A stretch of 64,000 bases of DNA, from NCBI GenBank assembly GCA_030141605.1, contig JAQGDQ010000045.1, positions 744,001 to 808,000 of the forward strand, in the 5' to 3' direction. The DNA comes from Tubiluchus corallicola (taxonomy: Eukaryota; Animalia; Priapulida). Both the position numbers and the translations under genes were made by a program. The notes below the pieces were generated by a model. It was given only the letters and a program-made list of their open reading frames with translations, was not told where the DNA came from and did no database searches. Shown here one piece after another: positions 55,156 through 64,000 of this stretch. Every line of letters begins with the position of its first letter. Within the stretch, counting starts at the first letter, position 1.

Positions 55156-56409
55156 TCATTTGTCAAAATTTGTTAGTGGCGGAACTTTGGCAACTTCAAA
55201 GAATACTTTATGAGAATATTTGGTTCTTACAGTTTTCAATGACTTAGCCATAGATGTCTGAAATGACAGCATACTGTTTAATTTTTTAGCCAATGGCATT
55301 AGTTCATTCTCTGTGTATCCCGTATAGTATTCCATTGTGTTTCCCCAACTTTTACAAGATTTCATTTTCATGGCTAAAAACAAAGATGAAGCTGCCATTT
55401 CACTCTCTAAATAATCTATTAGGTCATATTCTTGCAATGATAGCTCAAGAATATAACGTCCCAGTGTTAAAAGTTCCATGTTGGCTTTTGCACACTTGGC
55501 ATATCGTCGCAGGAAACGATATGAACTTGGAATGCCAAGATCGAAATCCAGAATACGTAATAACGACATTTCCATATTCAGCAGATCTCGTTTGTTGTAA
55601 GCATCATCGCAGATATACAGAAAATCATCAACAAGAGGCGGGCAGCGCTCATCAAATTTACATGCTACAAATAATGCCGTTGATCCAACTAACTGCAATT
55701 GCTCCTTCTTTATGACTGTTTGCGATAAATAAAGATCAAGTATTTTCACAGCCAAATAAAGTGTTTCATGATTTAACTCAAAGTTCTCCTGAACCTCCAC
55801 CATCCAGTCAACTAGAATAGCTCTCATTGTCTTATTAACTTCTCCTTGCTCGTCCATGTACTTTTTGATAACAAAATTTGACTCTCTAAGTTTGTAATAC
55901 TCGAAGATATCAAAAGCGTACTCTGGTACATGAAAAACATCGTTCTTCATTTCCTCATCAATATAATAATCAGGTTTTATCTTTTCTTGTGTTTTCGGCT
56001 TCCACGATTCATCTCTGCTCAACATATGTTCAATAAAGTTGTCGTCAGAATCAGAGGAACTCTTCTGACTTAGTCTTAAACACAAAGATTCTGAATTTTC
56101 ATCAGATGACTGTGATGATCGGAGGACGGGTAACGTATTAGCGTTACCACCAACAACTGATTGGTTTTTCTGGTTCAATTCACGTTTATCTTGTAACACA
56201 TGCTTCTTTTTTCGTGTAGGATTAACAAGCACTTTCTTGTTTGGCTCTTTTTTCGTGTTAAATTTTGCATTTGTCAAATCATCAAATGCTGATCGCTTTT
56301 TAGGTATTCTTTCTGGTGAGTTCTCTGCTGATCTTTTGCATTGCAGGACACAATTGTTTTTGTCAGGTGCATTTAACCGCCCTCGGTGAATCGCTTTCAT
56401 GTCCCCCAT
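55156..56409 (-). CDS. CCNB3: G2/mitotic-specific cyclin B3, single coding exon, 417 aa
   Basis: D-box RSAFDDLTN, cyclin box MRAILVDWMVEVQENFELNHETLYLAVK, KFDERCPPLVDDFLYICDDAY, SYRFLRRY and C-terminal KYSHKVFFEVAK are B3-type motifs. Confidence 0.97.
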   Translation of the reverse strand: MGDMKAIHRGRLNAPDKNNCVLQCKRSAENSPERIPKKRSAFDDLTNAKFNTKKEPNKKVLVNPTRKKKHVLQDKRELNQKNQSVVGGNANTLPVLRSSQSSDENSESLCLRLSQKSSSDSDDNFIEHMLSRDESWKPKTQEKIKPDYYIDEEMKNDVFHVPEYAFDIFEYYKLRESNFVIKKYMDEQGEVNKTMRAILVDWMVEVQENFELNHETLYLAVKILDLYLSQTVIKKEQLQLVGSTALFVACKFDERCPPLVDDFLYICDDAYNKRDLLNMEMSLLRILDFDLGIPSSYRFLRRYAKCAKANMELLTLGRYILELSLQEYDLIDYLESEMAASSLFLAMKMKSCKSWGNTMEYYTGYTENELMPLAKKLNSMLSFQTSMAKSLKTVRTKYSHKVFFEVAKVPPLTNFDK

Positions 56410-56527
56410 TGTCTAATCGCCGATTTTAACTGCAAATCTGCCAGTCTAAACACTTAAAATAATAAAAGCCCGGTACTGTTAAATAAGTAGTTGTCGCAAG
56501 CACAAATTATTTATAATTATGAATCAA

Positions 56528-56550
56528 ACCAACCGTTTAAAATTCGAAAC
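56528..56550 (-). promoter_or_regulatory. Candidate CHR-like and Myb sites upstream of cyclin B3
   Basis: TTCGAA (56543) and TTTAAA (56536) next to CAACCG (YAACNG) at 56530, about 125 bp upstream of the ATG. Confidence 0.4.
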
Positions 56551-56789
56551 TGCCTCTCTTGAAATTCTAGCCCTTGAAGGCACCATCCACGACACTGAAT
56601 ATAGATTTCGTGCATAATTCACGTGCAGTACGTTACTACGTCGGCTAGGTAGAAATTTTATGAGAATTGAGTAAGAAAAACTACGAATTCTAAGAAAAGG
56701 TCAAATAAAATCAGTAACACTGACAGCTTAATTTGTATCAGAATTTCAACAAAGGTGCGCACAACATCCCAATGCCCTTTGAGTTGGAC

Positions 56790-56915
56790 TAGAGTGCATA
56801 GCAAGAAATTGAAGAAACCACATTAAAGGACATGTTTTAGGCAACGTTATTTCTCATTGAGGATTGTTAATCTGTGGAATTCATTGTCATATCATGTTGC
56901 CACTACCCATCACTT
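56790..56915 (+). mobile_element. CR1-like 3' fragment
   Basis: Encodes RQRYFSLRIVNLWNSL, the typical FFS.RV...WN.L end of CR1 ORF2. Confidence 0.6.
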
Positions 56916-56917
56916 AA

Positions 56918-58200
56918 TATAGACATAGACAAACATTTTATTTATCTCCTCATTTACACCAGTGTACAAATAGACTATTATTGCTATCGTTATTAATTAA
57001 ACAGGATAACTTATGCATAAAGGAAAGAGTTAGGGGGGGCGCAGGAGAAAGGGTAGCGAAAGACCAACTGGTCATCAAGTCAGCTACCCTTCTCAGGTTA
57101 GTGTAAATTGTAAAAAATGTGTGGCGCTGCTAATTAAACCACGTAATATAATTACGAAGCAGGTTAAGAAAATCAACTGTTAACATAAATTTATGAGGGA
57201 AGAAATTAAACTTGAAAGCGAAATGACTAAATAGGCTATGCAACAAGGAAACATTAAGATAAAATGAAAAATATGAAATAATGATCAACCAAACACGTAA
57301 AGCATTTAACTAACTGATTAAAGCATAAACAAATTAGAAAAAAGTCAAACCAAAAGAAAAAACAAAACATAAACAATAAATCAGTGAGGGAAACAAAATG
57401 TGCATGATAGAAATCAAACTAAATATAATAAAACAAAAGTGCAATAGTGGTTAATCAAATTATGTCAAGCATAATGCCAACGACTGTGGAACGCAAGAAC
57501 TAGTACAGAAAAATGCAGTAAACAAAATATGTAATGAAATATGAGTAGTGACTAAATAGACAATATGATTCAATAAAAAATATAATAGGACTTAATAATA
57601 ACTGGGAAACAATGAGCAAAATAATTATAATAAAGTGAATATATATGTAGTGAAAAAAGCATAATATGTAAGCAAAAATACGTTAAGTGGAGCAGGATGC
57701 ATGATGTATAAAAAATTATGTATGAGAGAAAAAAAGTGTTGTTGCTGCTGGATTTGCTTGAGGATTGTGTAAGACCTATTTCAGTTATACTTCGACCTAT
57801 TATATTGCATGTTTACCTTCCCTTTTCATAGCTGCAAAGAAATAATAATAACAATTATACATTTTGATGAAAAGATGTACTATGACAACATAATTATAGT
57901 TAATTGATTAGTACAAGGGGAATACATTAAAACTAACAGACGCGATTTATTAGAAATAGATCTTAGCAGAAAAATCACACATGCTAATTAGAAATAAGGG
58001 TGGATTGATAGTTCATTATCAAATAGCTATGTGTGCCATTTTTTAGTTCTCTAGGCAAACTTTTCCACAACATAGCACCTCGATAAGTTAGAGATTTTTG
58101 CCCTTTGTTAGTGTCAAATCTTTGTACATAGAAGGTTTGGTTAGCGACAAATCGTGTATGATACTTGTGCATCTGGGCTACTGATTTATAGCAATTCTGG
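56918..58200 (-). mobile_element. 5'-truncated L2/CR1-group LINE (ORF2 end plus 3' UTR)
   Basis: HKYHTR...TNKGQKSLTYRGAMLWKSLP; 3' end with GGGTAGC...GCTACCC hairpin, AATAAA and (ATGTCT)n tail near 56920. Confidence 0.7.
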
Positions 58201-58425
58201 AAGAATTGCTATAAATATTATAGGCTATATGCTATATGTTATTATATGCTATAATATATTGCTATTAATACATTGAAGGTCAGGTTGGGTCAGTACTGGA
58301 AAAGGTTTTGGTATCAAAATAGGCCTATATCCTTTTCCGCCAGGCGCACACAGAATGTCACGATTTTACCACTAGTAGAGATGTCGAGAACGTTGCACGG
58401 GTCTAAGATCTTAGTCAACACATCA

Positions 58426-58968
58426 TAAAAGTAAAGTAAAGTAAAGTAAAGTAAAGTAAAGTAAAGTAAAGTAAAGTAAAGTAAAGTAAAGTAAAGTAAA
58501 GTAAAGTAAAGTAAAGTAAAGTAAAGTAAAGTAAAGTAAAGTAAAGTAAAGTAAAGTAAAGTAAAGTAAAGTAAAGTAAAGTAAAGTAAAGTAAAGTAAA
58601 GTAAAGTAAAGTAAAGTAAAGTAAAGTAAAGTAAAGTAAAGTAAAGTAAAGTAAAGTAAAGTAAAGTAAAGTAAAGTAAAAGTAAAGTAAAGTAAAGTAA
58701 AGTAAAGTAAAGTAAAGTAAAGTAAAGTAAAGTAAAGTAAAGTAAAGTAAAGTAAAGTAAAGTAAAGTAAAGTAAAGTAAAGTAAAGTAAAGTAAAGTAA
58801 AGTAAAGTAAAGTAAAGTAAAGTAAAGTAAAGTAAAGTAAAGTAAAGTAAAGTAAAGTAAAGTAAAGTAAAGTAAAGTAAAGTAAAGTAAAGTAAAGTAA
58901 AGTAAAGTAAAGTAAAGTAAAGTAAAGTAAAGTAAAGTAAAGTAAAGTAAAGTAAAGTATAGTAAAGC
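58426..58968. repeat. (GTAAA)n pentanucleotide array, more than 100 copies
   Basis: Near-perfect array with one extra A at about 58681. Confidence 0.99.
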
Positions 58969-59589
58969 AAAGGCTATAGGACAAACACTTGTAAATAAAC
59001 AATGACTTCAAGTAAATAAACAATTACTTCTCCCCTTATGGGAAATTATAGCAAATTGTTGAAACCTGTGAAGGACCATCTTTCTCGACATACCTAAATT
59101 TATCTTGGTGTATATAAAAATATCATAGTGACAGTAGATTAAATACGAGTGACACAATCTCGTGGCTGGCGCACTACGAAGATACATGCTTGGGGAAGTG
59201 AGCTCAGTTTAGAGAGGTGGTGTTGGCAATGTTTAATGATGTTTTGTTTCTTTGTTTCATGATGCTGACGACGACGATGATGATCGAAATGAGGCTGTTG
59301 GCAAAAAGTAAACCAAGAAAATTCCCTGGTGGTGTAACAGATTTTATAACTCAGGTTTATATTGTAAACTTGTTGCCTCTCAAAAATTTTATGCACATTG
59401 CATTCTTAACTTTCATTTTGGGAATGACAACAACAGCTGTAGCAGCAGCAACAATAACAACAGCTATAATAAAGGTTGTTTTTCTGCACTTAACCTACCC
59501 CATACTTGCCATAATTTACTTTTGTTAACTCTGTCATATGCACTTGTGACTTGTCAGATCTTGCAAAACCTCCCATAGTTTTCTGTTTT

Positions 59590-60240
59590 GAGTTTTAGCG
59601 AGGAAAGTGTTTCCCTAAGCAAGGAACTATTATCGTATTATTTTCTGATCCTCTATCTGAACAAAACTTATTTCGCACATCAGATACAGCATTGTTTGTG
59701 GTCTTCTGTTGCCTTCACCAGCCAATCTTTTAAAATACTCGATAGAAGCTTGCACATTACTGATATTATTACAAAGTTTTTACAATTGTCTTCCCTCTCA
59801 AAATCATCTTTTTTTTTATAAATGAGACTAATCAAATCACCCTTCCATGAATAAGGAATACATTTGGATGAAAAGATATTGTTAAAATCTTTGCACAAGT
59901 GACATTAATTTTGCCTGGTGCTGCAGTAAACCCAGGAGATGTTCACCAGCAATTTGATCACTACCACATGCTTTACCTTTTTTAATTCCTTTCAAACGAT
60001 TTTCTAGTTCATTTTTAGAAATTTCTTGTATATAGTGAATGTTCCCAGTAAGCGCTCCAAAGACTTATCAGACAAATCACCCAAGTTTATATCTCCCGAT
60101 TTTTAAAATTGACTACTCCAAACTCGTAACAGCTCATCAGCTATTTGTTCTTCATTGCCTGTTCTTTAACCAGTTTCATAAGACATGCGTACTAACATCA
60201 AACGTGTTAGCATACTTTTATTAAAATGCATCCAAAATTT
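59590..60240 (-). mobile_element. Decayed non-LTR retrotransposon RT N-terminal fragment
   Basis: IPYSWKGDLISLIYKK-D...NCKNFVIISVMCKLLSSIL matches the eroded P..WK...I..I.KKGD....NYR.I......K RT motif. Confidence 0.8.
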
Positions 60241-60255
60241 CTTCTTAGTTATACC

Positions 60256-61508
60256 TAGAGGTGAGCATCGAATGTTTGAGTTCGAACGAGCTTTTTTAGT
60301 TTCACTTAGATTCGAATCTAAAATTAGCGTTTCAGCCTCATATTTTTTGTTTATAATTAAAATGTTTGAAACAGCATGCAGTTAGCACAATTTAGCTGCA
60401 GTTTCTGTGCAATATTTTTAACAAACTAATAGTTGCTCTACTGCAGAGCAAAATTGAATAATATGCATGAGGGGTGAGCATCGAATGTCCGAGTTCGAAC
60501 GAGCTTTTTCAGTTTAACTTAGGTTTAAACCTAAAATTAGCGCTTCAGCCACATATGTTCATTATAATTAATATGTTTGAAACAGCATGCAGTTAGCACA
60601 ATTTAGCTGCAGTTTCTGTGCAACATTTTTAACAAACTAACAGTTGCTCTAGTGCAGAGCAAAATTGAATAATATGCATGATCTTTCTAAGACCATTATT
60701 TTATGAGTAAAGTTTCAGGTGTTGTTCACAGGTTGCACAGGTCTTACCTCTCCTTCATAAAATTACTAAAAAAACCTGTGTAGTTAAATGTCTGTCTTAT
60801 CAGTATATTGAGAATTATATTATTTAGTATTATTGTTCAAGTCAGTAGATTTATTAGTAATCAATAAGCCTAGAAATAATGAAGTTGAACTCAAGTCAAA
60901 ATGTACTTAACTCCGGTTGTTGATTAATTGCATTATTAACTCAAAGTATTTTTATCATTTCATAACAATTTTGACCTGTGTTTCACAAAAAATCTAAATG
61001 CAATTTTTAGTTTACCCAAGATTGACCTTAATTTGTTGCCCACCAATTAAAGTACATGTATTTTCTTTACTGTGTGTTTAATTATACAACAAATGTCATA
61101 ATTTTAAAATTATTAATGTTTCCTAAATTAAACTGATAACATTAATGCTCACCAGTGTCTGAAAATCATTTTATCTATATTCGGTAAAGGATAGCAGACT
61201 AGGTGACTTTATAGTTTTTCGCTATCCTTCTAGTAATTCTAGATCTATCTATTCATTTTAACCATTCTTCAAAACTTATTAGCGAATCTTTTATTAATCA
61301 TGTTTTATTGCAGTATTATAAAGAGATAAATAAATTAAAATTGAATTGAATATTACAGCCTGATTCGAAAACTTTTTCGAAAATGTTTCAAACTTAATTA
61401 GAATTCGATACTGATTAGAAATACTGAAATTTCGTTGCGATTCGAATTCGAAAGTCACAAATTCGATTCGAATTAGCTTTCTGGTAGAGTAGAGAATGTT
61501 CACTGCTA
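60256..61508. mobile_element. Non-autonomous TIR element (hAT-like) with an internal tandem duplication of about 212 bp
   Basis: Ends TAGAGGTGAGCAT / ATGTTCACTGCTA; imperfect 8-bp flanks GTTATACC / CTTAGGCC; TTCGAA-rich subtermini; 60260-60469 resembles 60472-60681. Confidence 0.6.
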
Positions 61509-61696
61509 CTTAGGCCTTACTGGGCATTGGCAACATAACAGGTTCAATCGTTTCAGCAATACTTTAATTTGCTGAAGTGTTTTGTATGTCAATGTTTGTT
61601 TTTGTACCCCTAGGAAAACTTATGTTGCATCCTATTATTACATACATAGCTGGGAATATAACCCTTGCTATAGTTTTTTGCTGTAACTATGTGATA

Positions 61697-61798
61697 TTAA
61701 CTTTTATATGGTTACTATTACTCTGTTAGTTTAGTTTATTCCTGCTAATTAAATTAAAACTTTGAAACATTTTTTCCATTTTCTATATAAAAAGTTAA
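61697..61798 (+). mobile_element. About 100-bp mini inverted-repeat element, copy 1
   Basis: Ends TTAACTTTTATAT / ATATAAAAAGTTAA; about 75-bp core nearly identical to the reverse complement of 63440-63516. Confidence 0.7.
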
Positions 61799-61934
61799 TG
61801 ACACAGGCTTAATGAAGCTCCGACTGTATCAAAGATATCATCATGCATAATAATATTTCTAACGTAATCTCATCTATGGACATCATGCTCAAGTACTCAT
61901 AGATATGTTTACTCGAGCCTTTGCTTGAAGGCTC

Positions 61935-62042
61935 ATTGGCCCGTTTAAATGGTATTCGTCAGCCAATGGCAATGTGCGATTTTCGTGCAGCGTATCCAAT
62001 CATAAAACGTGTACCATCTAAACAACACCGATTATATTTGAA
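61935..62042 (+). promoter_or_regulatory. PLK1 G2/M-type promoter: three CCAAT boxes plus CHR
   Basis: ATTGG at 61935, CCAAT at 61963 and 61996 (33-bp spacing), TTTGAA at 62037, 90 bp before the ATG. Confidence 0.7.
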
Positions 62043-62126
62043 AGCACAATTTTGATCTCGATTGTTAGTGTTTTAAACAAAGTTTTTTTAGTTCATTTAT
62101 GTTTTTTCGTGAGGATATTAAAAAAG

Positions 62127-62225
62127 ATGTCAAGCAAGCCAGATCTTAAGGTAAAGGAAGTACCAGAGATTGTTATCGATCCAAAATCGCAGAAAAGATA
62201 TACTAGAGGTCGATATTTGGGAAAG
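62127..62225 (+). CDS. PLK1: Polo-like kinase 1, first coding exon (gene continues beyond the window)
   Basis: MSSKPDLKVKEVPEIVIDPKSQKRYTRGRYLGK|gtattg matches the PLK1/polo KEIPEVLVDP...Y.RGRFLGKGGF kinase entry. Confidence 0.9.
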
Positions 62226-62594
62226 GTATTGTACGTTTTACGTTACTACTACTAGATTGCAGTCTGTAGTATTGTATAACTATACTTTTTATTTTTTAAT
62301 TAAACAACATTTAGCAGTTGTGAGATTGTTCATTGTCTTATCAAATTAATATTATGACTAATTACACAAACCGTGTTGTGGTTAGACTTCTTAAAGCTTC
62401 ACAAGCAAGCAAGTACACAATGTCGAATTAAATTTGCCGTAGATCGACAGGGCGATGCCTATAATTAGGCTTTTTACCCATAATTATGTCTGGCATTTTA
62501 TGTTTATGTTTTCTCTCAAAAATTGTCTGTCGGATGTATCCTATGTAATATCATGTATATCGGAAGTTATATCATATTCATAATCATGGCGATT

Positions 62595-63395
62595 AGTAAC
62601 ACCGCCATACTGGGGATTAGTAACTGAAATAGGCATATGGCCTCTAAAACATAAAGTGAATTATAGGAGATTGATGTTTTATCGGAATTTACTGATTAGT
62701 AAACAAAGAGATTAGCATCAGAGGTACTCGAAATGCAAATAAACAGTGCACGTGAAAGGTCATGGTATAATGAAGTAGTTGAGGCTGCAAAATATATACC
62801 ATAGATGCTAATAAAGAAAGGGTGAAGGTCATGAAAAAGTCTGAATGGAAGAAATAAATAAAGAATAAGATTGAATGTTGTATACAGAATGAATGTGCAG
62901 AAAAATGCAGGAGCAGCACTAAATTAAGATTTTTAAGGCATACCGAGTGGAAACGACAAAATTACATGGACACATGCAAGCGAGAAGAAGTTAAAGATAT
63001 ATTGAAAATAAGACTGAATATGATTAAAGTTAAAGGGAACTACAAGAATGAGTTTAAGGATCAGTTATTATGCCCAGTGTGTGTGGAAGATGATGACACT
63101 AAGAAACATATGCTTAGATGTGACAGATATAGAGAATGGAAAAAAAATTTGAACTCAGATATATTAATGAATAGTGAAAAGAAAAGATTGCTAGAAATAA
63201 GAAATCTAGTGAACGAATGCATGGAGTACAGGATAAAGACATTAAACTTGGAAAAGACAACTAAAAGATCAGCGTTATAGAAGAATAGACTTTGCACCCT
63301 ATGAAGGTGCCCGCCTCTAATAGGTGGAGAGAGTCGAGTATCGCAATCGCAATATGTTCATAACGTGTAATATACAAATATGGTTACAAATTGTG
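62595..63395 (+). mobile_element. 5'-truncated non-LTR retrotransposon (RTE-X-like C-terminus with zinc knuckle) in PLK1 intron 1
   Basis: PYWGLVTEIGIWP...RRLMFY, ILKIRLNMIKVKGNYK, CPVC-x8-H-x3-C; 3' hairpins GCACC..GGTGC and CCGCCT..AGGTGG. Confidence 0.75.
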
Positions 63396-63409
63396 TAATA
63401 TATATATAT

Positions 63410-63513
63410 TTAACTTTTTATATATATAACTTTGTATATAAAAATGTGTCAAAGTTTTAATTTAATTAGCAGGAATAAACTAAACTAATAGAGTAATAGT
63501 AACCATATAAAAG

Positions 63514-63516
<3 letters not shown>
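63410..63516 (-). mobile_element. About 100-bp mini inverted-repeat element, copy 2, embedded in (TA)n
   Basis: Inverted near-copy of 61697-61798, with TA runs on both sides (63397-63409, 63515-63545). Confidence 0.7.
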
Positions 63517-63548
<32 letters not shown>

Positions 63549-64000
63549 AAGACATCAGTGATTTATACGTGAAACATATATTTGGAACATGGGAATATGG
63601 GAACATGAGTGGAATCACAAAAAATTCGTTGTATTGTACACAATTAAAATATCAGTAGAGAACAGGCATTACGAGCGATCGATGGATTTACCTCTAGCTT
63701 TAAACGTTGGATATGGACATGGATATACGTAGCCAATCAAATTGTAATTAGTTTGTAATATTTTTGAAAGGGTTAATGACAGTTGTTTTACTTTTGCCTT
63801 TTGACAGTATTTTTGTAACCACCACACTGTACCATGGTTTGATGTAATTTTGCATTGCTTGTAAACTTTTATGTCCACTGTCGAAATGACTAAATTTTGA
63901 AATGACAATAAGAGAATGAATATGAATTAAAAGATAATTTTAAATATGTGTATAAAGCTTAAGCTTTATATACCCAGGGCTATTGGTTTGCAAAAGTTAA

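Noticed and set aside
55293-55715. 140-aa plus-strand ORF
   Set aside because: Antisense shadow of cyclin B3.
58426-58968. GTAAA array as telomeric repeat, CRISPR array or forkhead-site array
   Set aside because: Not a TTAGG/TTAGGG-type unit, has no spacers, and GTAAAG does not match the RTAAAYA forkhead consensus.
58314-59023. 218-aa and 202-aa ORFs of (LLYFT)n
   Set aside because: Translation of the stop-free (TTTAC)n strand of the microsatellite; not protein genes.
62052-62126. N-terminal extension of the PLK1 ORF
   Set aside because: Starts at a TTG within the likely 5' UTR; the ATG at 62127 has a good A-rich context and fits homolog length.
62966-63280. 104-aa ORF as PLK1 exon 2 or a host zinc-finger gene
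   Set aside because: No kinase motifs; it is the CCHC C-terminus of a frameshifted LINE ORF2.

Overview
AT-rich metazoan (protostome-like) genomic DNA with spliceosomal introns; the organism cannot be named from the sequence. Genes reconstructed by hand from GT-AG boundaries and phase continuity: tRNA-Gln(TTG) at 9.0 kb; BCL9/legless (minus strand, 9 coding exons, about 1133 aa, 13.4-25.9 kb); PINX1 (minus, 5 exons, 289 aa, 44.6-52.9 kb); an intronless cyclin B3 (minus, 417 aa); and the first coding exon of polo/PLK1 (plus, 62.1 kb) behind a CCAAT/CHR-type G2/M promoter. The rest is introns and intergenic DNA with LINE fragments, MITEs, tandem duplications and a 540-bp (GTAAA)n array. The top finding is that two small exons missed by the ORF track splice in frame onto BCL9 and encode a CECR2-like WHIM2+WHIM3 (WSD) module, normally found in ISWI chromatin-remodeler accessory subunits. 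Also notable is the compact PINX1-CCNB3-PLK1 mitotic neighbourhood. All splice models and family calls come from reading the sequence and from remembered motifs; no searches were run.
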